Shown here: in pieces, positions 27,301 to 39,300 of the stretch
Numbering within the stretch: the stretch's first letter is position 1
Layout of the letters: each line of letters opens with the position of its first letter
Virus record (IMG/VR): IMGVR_UViG_3300042892_003562
Location: 1 to 64,000 of that record
Length of the DNA: 64,000 nucleotides
Strand: one strand, 5' to 3'
From: a virus
Made by a program: the position numbers and the translations under genes
The notes under the pieces: model-generated
Databases searched by the model: none
The model's input: the letters and a program-made list of their open reading frames with translations, nothing else
What the model was told of the DNA's origin: nothing

Positions 27301-30300
27301 TAACCAATGACCAGCGCCTCCACCATGTGGGACAACTGACTCAACGCGTTCTTCATGTCAACATGCTCAACGTCCACCTTCTTGTCCGCCGCCAGCTTGA
27401 AACCAGCCACCTTGTCACCCGGACGGGCGTTGGCTCGGGCGATCAAAAGCTCCGCGTGACGACCGGAATACTCCTTGGCCACCTGTTCACGGGTGGTTCC
27501 AGAAGGGGTGAACCTCGCTCCACCAAACGCATGGGTCCATGTCCCGTCTTTCCATTCACGGGTGAAGCCCATCCGGTTCTTGGTCTGGGGTTGGGGCGTT
27601 GGTTCGTCGGTGTCGGGAAGAGAGTTGAGGACGACGTCGCGCATCGTGATCTTCTTGCCTTTGCGCTTGGCGGTCTTCTCCGCAGGGGTGAGCTCGCTGT
27701 TGGAATGGTAGCGGTTCTTCAGGTCCTGCTCGGCGTTGATCTGACCCAGCATGATCCACTCACCGTTGTTGATGAGATGGCCGATGATGTCCTTGCGGGC
27801 GGCGAAGTTGGACGGCACCTTGTATTTGGAGACTCGGCGGGCTGCGTTTAGCCGGGCTAAATCAGCCTGAAGACTCTTGATCTTGTTCCGGTTTCCGGCA
27901 ATCGGATGCTTGAACAACTCCTTGTCGGCGAGCTTGGTCTCAATGGCTTTGATCTGGTTGTTGATAACCTCAAGATTACCTCTCAGACCACTCCGGAACT
28001 TCGGATCAACCGACAGCTTCACCAGACGGGTCTTTTCGTTCTGAAGCGAAACCATCTTCTCAAGCATTGGAGCGGCACGCTCTGCCTCGGTCTGACGCTG
28101 GGCCAGCTCGTCCCTCACCTTCATCGCTTCGACCACGTTGCTCGTGGAATAGATGCTGTGGACTCCGGGCTCCGCCAGCAAGGCGATGGCGTCAGGACTC
28201 AGTTGGGAACCCGATCCGGTCACTCCCCCGAAGTTGTTCTTGAACTCGGTCAGACGCGCCTCGGCGATCCTCTCCTGCAACGTGAGCGTGTCGCTCACCT
28301 GACGGATAATCGCCGCTGGGTTATAGTCGTTGAAGTAAGCTTGGTCGCCCTTCACCGCACGGTAGAGCTCGTCGGCATGACGGGCGTATTGACCGAGCGA
28401 CTTGGTCAGAGCCTCTTTCATAATGTAGAACTCGTGGTCCTTCTCTCCTTCCGGCGTGGCGTTCCACTTGGCTGCAAGCTGGGCAAGACCCGCCTCAATC
28501 CCCATCTTGTTCTCGAAGTTGGGGGTGGTTCCGGCAGGGTAGAGGACGATGGTGGCGTTCACCGATTCGGTGCGTCCGGTCGGTCCTTTCTCACCGGAGA
28601 TGAAGACGTGGCGACCCGCCGACCACGGGGTGACCGAGCTGTGGGCGAGACGCTGGAAGAACCCTCCCTTCAATGGATTGCGGTCGATACGGACCAGACC
28701 AGCCAACTCCTTGTTTGCCAGTTCGACATTCTGGCGAGCGACACGCAACTTGTTCATTTCCGACGCATCCAAAACCTTGCCACGCTCCGCGATCTCCATC
28801 TTGAGACTTGACGAAAGCTGCATCTCGTTGAGCAGGGCTCTGGTGTTCTTCTGGCGGTTGGGACGGACCTTGGAATCGTTTTCCAATGAGTCGAACTTCT
28901 CGTTCAATTCCCGAACCAACGTCTTTGCCGCAGCTTCCTTGCCGAACGTGCTGATCTCGCCGATGGTTTGATTGAGCAGCTTCTGGTAACCGCTGCGGTT
29001 GGGCGCGAGCTTGGCCGGAAGGTTCGAACGGTAGATCGCGTCAGCCTCCGACAGCACGTGCTGGAGAATCATCTCACGTTGAGCCTCATCAATAAGGTTG
29101 ATTGACTGCGAGTTGAACAAGTCAGGCGTCGCCGCCATCACGGCTTCAATCCGGTCGACCTCCGATTGGTTGAACGCAATCCGGTCTTCGATAAACGCCT
29201 TCCGGTCCTTCATCGCCTGAAGCTCGCGGCGGGCCTCTGCCTCATGGCCTTCCAGCATTGGAAACACATTTTTCATCTCGGCGTAGACTTCGGGCGTCAA
29301 GGCCATGTCGGCGAAGGCGCGTGGGTAGATGACAAGCTTGTCCTGCCCCTTGCCGTTGTCGACCCAAGCTTGGGTTCCTTGGTCAATGGAACGCTGGGCT
29401 TCCTTGCGGATCACCGACTCAACACCGGAGACACGGGAAAGAAGACCGCCGGAGAACGATTTGAACCGGTTGCTCTCGTGGTGAAGCGTGGACGCGGTGC
29501 GTCCGTTGATCCGTCCTTCCATCATGTTGTGCCATGCGGTGACAACAGGGACTCCCTCACGGCCCTGAAGCCTGCTCTCCTGTGTCCGGCGAAGCCCCTT
29601 GGGGGTGTTCTGTCTGACGACGGGACGCGCCTGCGGACTGGTGGACTCGCTGAGAAGTTGTGTTCCCGGAGTTGGCCGTCTCGAAGCCATCCCCTCCATC
29701 TGGGTTCTGGCGTCAAACCGCATCGACTCATGCTCCTTGGCAAGACCGATCAGGTCGACAAAGAGGTTGATCATCATCGCGTCGCTCGCTGGCAGGCTTT
29801 CTCCGTTCCATGCCGGGTCCTCAAACCCACCACGTCCACGGTGAAACTCCTCCAACACCGCCTCCATCCGCTTGTCCATCACCCCATACTCAGAGATGTC
29901 GTGGTTCTTGTTGCGGAGATACTGGAGGATGCTGGAAACCGACGGCTCGACGGAACGAAGCAACTCCTTGTCCTCGTTCGACGGCTCGATGTCCAACTCG
30001 ACTTCCTGACGTTCGGTGGAGTCGACGCGGCTGGCGAGGAACTTCTCAAGCTCCGACTCCATCCAGCTCTTCTCCACATCGTCAGCCGCCTGCTCTTCGG
30101 CCAGATCCGAATCCTCGTCGGTTTGAGGCGTGGCCTTGGTTTCCATCGCGTTGTCGAAGGCGTATGGGTCCTGTTCCTCCACCGCGTCCTCGCCCATCTG
30201 CTTGTTTGCCAGAAGGATTTCATTGAGGGTGGCGTTGGACAAGTCGCTTGATTTCAATAGGTTGTCTCCGAAAAGGAAGCGGTCCAGAAGCTTCTTCATG

Positions 30301-33300
30301 TTCGGATTGGTCATGGCCTGAGCGACCAGCATCGCGTCGGTGATGATGTTCTGCTGTCCTTTAAGACCCGAGAGATCAGTCTTCCCGTCGAAAGAAGCTG
30401 ACTGAAGTGTATCGGTCGACTCGACAAATCCTTTCTCACCCATCCGGTCAAACAAGTCATCCCTATCAAAAGCACGGACGGTCGAAAGGGTCCCGTTTTT
30501 CATCAATCCTTCTGAACGAGACAGAGCTCCAAGATTCTCCATCGTGGCGAAGTGCTCACGGAGGAGACCAGACAGGATTTCAACTTCCGTTTCCTTGGCC
30601 GCTTCGTCCATCGCCGCCAGTTTTTCGGGGTTCTGTTCAAGCAGCGACATCGAATAGTCACCGAGCATTTTGCTCACTGCATCCGTATTGCCCTTGTGAG
30701 CCCTCATGAAGCGCTCGATGTGGGTTATGGGACTGAGTGCCACACGAATCCTTTCAGCGGCTTCCTGAAGCACGGGGGCGACCAATGCAGCCGACTCTGA
30801 CTGTGTCCCCCACCACGCAAGCGCCTGAGACACCATCGCCTCGTTGTCGGCGGAGTTGGAACCCTCGGCGGCGTAAAGCACCGGAGGGTTGCCGTCGACA
30901 CCGGGAAGGAACCGTGAACCAAAGTAGGCTTGGTTCTTGTCGATTTCGCTCTTGCTCGCCCGGTAGACCAAGACACCCGGAATGTTCTGTGTGAGAAGAT
31001 TGACGGCCTTGTTGGCGGAGACGAAGCCCGTTTCATTGTATTGGGCGAAGACGTTGCCCCGATGGAGGTTGATGGCCTTGTTGCCACGGCTCTCCGACTG
31101 GAGCATGAGCGCGATCTTGTTCGACTCCTCCTGTGAGGCGAAGCCATTGCCCTTGCGCGGAGCGAACAAATCACCCATCCCGAGCTCTGCCATCTTGGAC
31201 GCTGTCGCGGCGAAACTCGTCTTGATTGATTCGGAGTCCTTGGCGAAAACAGCCCCCTGCGCGGACTCGTTGTCGTTCGTCGCGGACAACGCATATCCCA
31301 CCACCGTCCGGATGGCCGTCAACAACTCCTTGTTCGAATCGTTGCCATTGCCGTTCGCCTCCACCACGCGGGCTTGGTCGATGATCTCCATCTCGCTCTT
31401 GGCCTTGAACTCGATCAACGACTCCATCAATTCAAACGGGTTGATCTCAGTGGCAACGCTTTTCCGTGTGTCCGATGGCACAACCCCCATGCGGGTGACC
31501 GTCCGTGTTTTGGTGACGGTGCGCGTGGTGGCTGCGCCGGGAGCGTTCTGGGCGTTGATCCGCGCAGTTTCCTTCTCCCACTTTGCCAGCGCCTCTTGAT
31601 GGATGGCGTCTCCGAACATATCGAAACTACCCTGAACCGGCTTGATTGGAAGAACCTCTTTCGGAATCACCTCATCATCCTCATAGCTTTCCTCCTGCTG
31701 GATTTCCTCGACTCCACGGCTGGAAGCGTAGTTGTGATACATTTCGACCAACGGAGACAGTTCGCTTTCCTTGGTGACGCCGAATAAGCCACGAATAGCC
31801 TTCCGGATGAAAGCATCATAACCTCTCGGATCGTCCTCCAGTGCGACAAGATCGCGGAGGAACTGACGGGGAGCGTCGGCAGCCGACTCGTTCGAAGAAA
31901 GAAGTCCGCCATCCAAGTTTAGCCCGACTAAAAGGGCGGCTTCAGTCAGACGCTTATTCTGAAGCTGGCGCTGAAGGTCGGTGGTCACCTGTGCTCTCTG
32001 TGCTTTTGACCGCCTTGAGTCCTCGCTGGCGCGTCCATCACGGGTCTCCTGCACCGTGCTGCCCTGCGTCCCCATCTGGGAAGCGAGAGGGAAGTTGCCG
32101 GAGTTGTCCTTGTCGGCGATGGCGTAGGCGATGGCCTCGCTCGGGTCCATGTCGACGTGGATCTGCTTGCGGACCACGAGCATCTCGCCGTTGGAATCGA
32201 GCTGGACCTTTGGTTGTCTCACTGGAACCAAGCGTCGCGTCTCAACCCCGTTGACGGCTTCCGTTCTGTAAGTGACTGCCACCGGCATCCCGGCTTGGTA
32301 ATCTGGATGAGACGACGAAACCAGCTCGGTGAACTCCTGACCGTTCTTCCCAACCGACCTCTTCTCAAACATCTCCTCAAACACCACGTCCCCCTTGGAG
32401 TCCCGTTCAAACACAGGGACGTCAGACCAAACCCAGTTCGGACCGCCCACCACCAACTCACCGTCCTCTTTCGAGAACGAGATACGGCGGAACTTCTCGT
32501 AAAGGTCGATGCCGAAAGTGGCGCTGATCGCTGAAGTCCTGCTCTTGGCGAAGTAGTTGATGTTCCACAATCCGTTGTGAAGCGTCGGGTAGTCGATGTG
32601 GCTCTTGCGTGCCTGCTCGAAGAAGTCGGAGTAGGCCACCATTCCGGCGTCACGGCTCGTCTGGGTGACCTCGCGGGTGACGTTCGGACGACTGCGGACA
32701 AACCGCTTCACCGCACCCCGCGCCCAACGGGCCTCGTTGCGAAGTGACCGGACAGACGCATCCAGCACCTGATGGCTCTGAGAGTTGTAAATCGCGCTGA
32801 TGGATTCAGCGAGCGCCTTGCCAGACAAGCCGGAGCTGACGACGTCGAAGTGAAGCTTGAGGAACCGTGCTTCCTGCTCGTTGATCAGTTGGAGGGCCTC
32901 TGTCGCACGCTGATGAATCCGTGACGACAGTCGTCCGGCCAAAGTCTGCATTCCTCCGATATTCCCAAGGATCTTCTTGGGGTCGGTGGACTCCTGAAGC
33001 TTGGTCGCCCAGTTGCGGAGCTTCTGGAAATAATCCGCAAAGGTCTCTTCATCATACTCCGTGGTTGAGGAAATGGTAGCTTGATTGACTCGGGCGGTCT
33101 CCCCGGAATCGTGTTTGATCATCTCCGGAATACCGGCGCTGTCAAAAAACGCCTGACGCGTCATGCTCTTCAAGCGGGTCTTGCCGTTGAGGAAGTCAAT
33201 GAAGTATTTCCCATAAGGGATGTTCGGAAGGATGGACTCCAGCTCCTCGTAGGTGGTGGCGTTGAACTCGTCGTTCTCGATGGGTGGAGTGTTGAATCCA

Positions 33301-36300
33301 AAGCTTCCCTCGTAGCGTTGAGCCAGCTCCTCGTTGACTCCGATCTCGGTCAACATCTTTTGCCACTGCATCTGGTAATTCGTCCCGATTGCGGCCATGT
33401 TGCTGGCGACGTGGCGATTGAGGAGGACGTCTTTGGCCGTGGCATTGCGCTCCAGCGTGAACACCTTGCTCTTGTCATAGGGCTTCTCGACCATCGACAT
33501 GCCGTCGGAGGAAGGAACCATCTCCGGAATGAACGGGACGCCGGGGCGGTCGACATGGTAACGGAGACGGTCCGCTCCGTCCTTGTTCAACACTTGGAAG
33601 ATCGCGGGATAGTAGTTGACCCCGTAGGATGATTCGGAATCGGAAGTCGGCATGATGTCGTCAAGACCCTGTTCCGGGTCAAAGAACAACGGGCGACCGT
33701 CCATCTTCGCCTTCACGTAGGCCTCCATCTCCTCGGCGTCTCTGGCGTCGAACTTGGCGTAGACCAAGCTCTGGAACCGAAGACCGAAGTTGGTGCTGTC
33801 CAAGGACTCGGAACCAAGGACCAAGTCCACCACCCGGCGGTTGGTCTCGTTGTATTGGTCGAGCGCCTGCATGTAGGCGTTGAACTTGACCATCTCCTCC
33901 TCGGCGAAAGGCTTGTTGATCGCCGCCTCCGCCCGCAACCGGCGGGCCTTGAGTAGGGCCTGACTGCCGTCCGAACGGCTTTCACCCGACAAATACATTT
34001 CGATTTCCTTGGCCGTGTTTAGCTTGGCTAAAGACTCCTGCTGCTCATCCGTGAGGTTGGCGCGTCCAATCCGCTCTTGTTGTTCCTCGGTCATCACCGC
34101 CAGCTTGAACGCGGCGAGATCCTCCTGAAGATTCAGGCGCTTGGTGTTTTCGAGGTTGGTTGGCTTTGTGTTTGGGAAGAGGATGGATTGGATTGGAAGC
34201 AAGGCGTTGCTGCCAAGCAACAGGCTCTTCCCTTCCAATAACGCGTCGTCGTCCATTGCCATGTCGGCGGCGTGACGGCGCAAGCCGACGAGCCACGCTT
34301 CAGCCGTGGTGCGGGGAGACTCAACCAAAGGACTCATTCCGGATAATACGTCCAGCCTGTGAACCAAGCGGGCATCATCCATTGCAACCTCGTATCCCAA
34401 AGCATTGGCCGCCTTCGTCGCCTTGATGCTGTCTGAAACCTTGCCCAGATCAATATTCTCCAACGCCTGAAGCATGTCCACGTTGGCGTTGTGGAGGGTG
34501 ATGCGGTCGGCGTTAAACATTGCGGCAAGCTCGTCCTCCTTCTGCTTGATGAAGCGCGAGCCGTTGTCCATCAACGGGGCCGACGCCACGAGCTGGGACC
34601 ACACCTTGAGCTTGTCCGGTTCCGAGCCCTCCTCCAACACCGACAGGAAGTTGGGGGTGTTGGCCCGAGCCCATTCCAGCTGCTGCCACGCGTAACCCAA
34701 GTCCCGTTGAACCAAGGACAACGCACCCTCCTCGTTCAAATCACCCAGAGCCTTGTCCAGATCGTTAAGGTCGGTGCCGGGGTAGTAGCGACCGATCATC
34801 CCGCGAACGTCCAAACCGTCCTTGTCTTCAGACGTCCGGAGACGGATGGCTCCCTGCTTGTAGTCCAACACGATCATGTCGTCCAAAGACATCCCGAGCT
34901 TCCCGGCAATGTCACGGATCTCCACCATCACCTCGTTGTGCTTCATCGCCACCGAGCCGATGGCCTTCTTGGTCATCTCCCTCGACCGCTGGAATCGCTC
35001 CACCGCCTCCTCCAGCCCCTTCTCCTTGATCTGGTCGACGTCGCCGCGCAGGTTGGTCTTCACGTAGGCCGTCTCCTGCTGGCGGATCATCCGGTTCAGC
35101 GAGGTTGGAAGCTGGCCCATCATGTAACGGAGGTGGGCCATCCGCTTGATCTTCTGCATATAGCGCTTGAGAAGCTCCACCACGGTCTTCCACGGGTTGC
35201 TGGTCTCCTTGTTCGAGAAGTCCTCGTTGAGGGCGATGAGCAGGCGCTTGGAGTCGGTGGTTTGTTGTTCGGTGCTGACGCCGCTGGTGAGGATCTGGTT
35301 GAGAGCGCGGAGGGTTTCCGAGGCGACCAAATACTTGTCCGCGTCGTCGAAGTCCTCGATCTTCTTGCCCTTCACCCGTTGGGCGGCAACCCGTTGGAAC
35401 ACGTCGTTGACGAAGCGTTGCCTGACGTTGCCGCCCTTGTCCAAGTCTTCGGACAGCTCCACGAAGTCGGAGAACGAATTGATGATCTCCTCGTCGGTGA
35501 ATTCACTCATCGCCACGAAGTGGGTTTGCTCCTCGTCCACGAACGCCGCGATCTGACGGGCGACTTCGTTGGAGACGAAGGAATCGTAAAGCTCTCCTCG
35601 GGTGGCGTCGTAGCCCTTGAAGATGCTGCGGAGGTTGGCGACGAACGCGTCCTTGTCCAAGTTGATCTTGAGTTGTGACGTTACCGTTTCCTTGGCTTTC
35701 TGTGTTCTTGTTGGCGCAACATATCCATCCACTGGAACTCTTCTTCCGCTCAGCTGAACGTAGTGGGCAACAAGCGTCCTGACCTTCTCTTTTACCTGTG
35801 TGCCATCAGGATTCTTTTTGGCGACACGTATCCCGGTTTCCGGATCAGCATCTTCATACACTGTCCGACTTACCACCTTTTTGATCATGTCGATCAACAG
35901 ATCACCGTTCGCGTCACGCTTGAGGTTGTCATCGAGCTGGGCTTCGTCAAAAGACGTCCCGTTCGATGTCTCGCGGGTGACGTTGAAGAAAAACCCCTTC
36001 TCCATTTTGGCGTCCCAGTTGATCGCCGCCGGGTTGCTGCCGGGAGCCACCACCTGAAGCACGTTCTCGATCATCTTGCGGAAAGCCGCAGGATCAATCG
36101 GTCCCTTCCCAAGAAGGTCCTTCAGCATCGGCTCGATGGCCTTGCCAGCTTCCGTGAGGCGGTTGCGGTTCCAGTTGGAGTTGAGCTTGCCGAGAAGGAC
36201 CGTGTCGTTCTTCCGCATCGCGTCGCCAATCACCTTCACGTCGATCTGGCGGAAGTAGTAGACGCCGTCGGCTTCTTCAGTGAGGACAAGAACGTGGTCA

Positions 36301-39300
36301 GGATCGCCTGCAATCTCAACCACCGCGTTCACCCCGATGGGGAGCGTCTTGCCCTTGGCAGGCTTGTAGTAAATCTGGCTCTTGTCGTCCTTCGACCACA
36401 CCCCGCCAAACTCGTCCTCCACGTCCATTGTTGACAAGTCGACGTAGAACTTCGGCGTGGACGGATCGAGGAACAACGGGTCCTCCTCACCGGGCTTGTC
36501 GTTGGCCGTGTCTGGCTGGGCGTCAAGGACGTTGGTTGGCTTCTCTTTGAACTTGCGAACCGCCTTGCGGACGTCGGCTGCATTCTTGATCTCGGACTCG
36601 GAGATCAACAGGACACGCTGGTTCGCGGGAATTCCGTACTCCTCGCGGGCGGACGTCTCGTCATCCCCGACAACCACCGCCACGCCATCGTCCCACAGCT
36701 CCTGAAGCGCCTCGTCCACCATCGCCGCCTTCTGGTGAGGCTTGCGTCCAAGGACGTCCCTGACGGCGGCTGGAGCTTCCGGAGTTGTTTCTTCGGAAGC
36801 TCCTTCGGTCAGCACATCCCCTTCGTTTTCGGCTTGGGCTTCGTCGTCGGTTTCGGTTTGGTCTTCATCGGGTGGTGTTGGTTTCTTGGTTTCTGCCGCC
36901 GGAGTGGCGGAGGGAGCTTCTTTAGCCGGGCTAAAATCGTCCAACTTTTCAGCTGGCCCAAAAATACCTTCGTAATACTGATTGGCTTGATCCAAAGGAT
37001 CGGAGCTCATCTCAATCGACTCCTCAAAAGCGTTTTCTGGATTATCAAGAGGCACATGAATGATGATAACTTCATCTACTTCGATCCCACTGACCTTGAG
37101 CGCTTCCACGTAGGCCTTCATTTGAACCTTGTGAGACATTGCCTTTGAAGCACGCTTCCGGAAAGGAGCCTTCTTCTCCGTATAGCCATTGTTGTAATTC
37201 TGATAAGAGGCTTCTTCGCTGGCGGTCTTGGTATCCACCAGAATCCACTTGCCGTTGGCCTTCGGGATCAGACCATCCACCATCCCTGCGTATTTTTTTG
37301 TCGCAAACGCACCTTCAGTGACAACTGGCCCGGACGCTCTCTTTTTCAAACCTTTGATAATCTCCTTAACCTTGTCACCAAGTCCGGTGGGCTCGCCCTT
37401 AAATTCTTTCTCTACCTCTGCGTGGAAGGCTGTCCCTTCTTCAGCAGCGAGAGCTCCCGCCGCAGTTGACTTCCGTTGGAAGTGGGGATGCTTCTTCATC
37501 AAGGTGGTGACGGACGGCTTCACGTCCCCGTCCGCCTCGTAAATATGGTTCTCCTCATCGAAGGAAATTCTCTCAGGCTTGAACGCTGAGTCGAAGTCTT
37601 CGTTGCCCGTAGGGGTTCTTTTGACTAGCCCTTTGACAGGTGCCAAAGGCTCTGGGCCTGATGTCGGGACAACTTTGCTAGGACCTGAAGCTTCGCTATC
37701 GACGACTCTTTCGGGGCTTGGAGGATCTCCCACACCTTCTTTGCCGGGAGTGGGGACTTTTGGATTAGCTCCTGAATCTGTTCTGCTTTGGATCGGTCTT
37801 GCATAGTTGGTGGTTTGAGAAGAATCGAAATTGCCGAAGCTCTTGAGCATCCCCTTGCGGATTTTCGCCTCGGAACCGAGAGCCTTCATCGGGCTGATCG
37901 GGTCAGCCGCCTTGAGTTGTGCCGTCGCCTCGGATGGAGACAACACCTTGGTCTCGCCCTTGGAGTTGGTCAGCACCGCGCCCATCGACGTCTCTCCCTT
38001 GACCGCGACGCTCTTCATCGTGAACGTCTCTCCGCCAACCGTGAAGTTGTGCGTGAGGTCGCGCTTCGGATCGCGCATCTCCGGGTTCCACTCCATGTCG
38101 TTTCCGTCCTTGTCCTTCGGTGCCGGACCCAAATGGTCGGTCATTTCCTGAGCATGGACGGTCTTGGGGTCAGGAGGGGTGTTCCTTGCCTTCTCCTGCG
38201 CCTTCTGGGCGCGTTCAACGGGAGTCGTGGCACTTGGCTCCAGACGGCGGGCAAAGCCGCTCACGGCGTGCTGTGAGAGCACCTTGGCCCGCTTCTCCAC
38301 CGGGATGGATTCATCGGCCATGTAGTTGGCCACCGAAACCACCGGAGCTCCGGACGCCGCCTTGATCCCCAGCATCTCCGCAGACGCATCACTGTTGTTT
38401 TCCTTGATGTCCTTCCAGATCACCTCGGCAAACTCCTTGATCTCACGGACGCGGGTGTCCCGGTTCTTCTTGCGGAAGGCTCCAGCCGTCTCAACGACCA
38501 TCCCTCCACTCTCACCCAACCCGCCACCGAACGCACCCATCACGCCCGCCGCCATATACTCACTGAACTTGTCACCGATGTTGTCCCAAACCTCGCCCTT
38601 CCACGTCTTGGAATCGTCGAGCACGGCGAGGAACACGTCGGACAGCGCGGTGTCGAAGGTTTCCTCCATGAACTCGGCACCCATTCCAACCGCAGGGCCG
38701 TAGCCTTTCAGACCGTTGGCGCGGGCGGCGCGGTTGATGGTCTCGCGCAGCGCGGGTGCCAGCGCCTTGCGTAGCTCGGAACCTTCCGCCGCCAATCCCT
38801 CAAGGGTCTCGATAGCCGCCTTCTGAGCGTCTTGAGAAACAGCGCTCTTCATCGCCTTGTTGAACTTGAGATGCTTGAAAATTGACCCGCTGAGCCCGCC
38901 CTCGACACCGCTCATGCCTTTTTCAAGACCCGGAGCAATCCGGTTGAACGCGGCGGTCGCGATGAACGCGGCGGCTCCGTCTGCCAATCCCTTCATTCCC
39001 GCCTGATGATACGCCTCCTCGGCGTCACCGGTCTTGTCAAAAACCTGATTGTAGGTGGAGCCGAAGGACATCCCTCCGGCCTGCAACGCGCCGATGTAGG
39101 CGGAAGGGTCCTTGATCGCCTTGATACCGAAATTCTTCAGCGTGTTCGGAGCAAGCTCGGTCATCGCCTGCTTCATCGCCTTCTCGGAAATCGTGATCTG
39201 CCTGCCCATCGCTGTGGCGGCTCCTGTGCCCTGCAACGCGCCAACTCCCTTGAGTCCGAGACCGCCGCCGATGACACCACCTACAATTCCTCCAACCATC

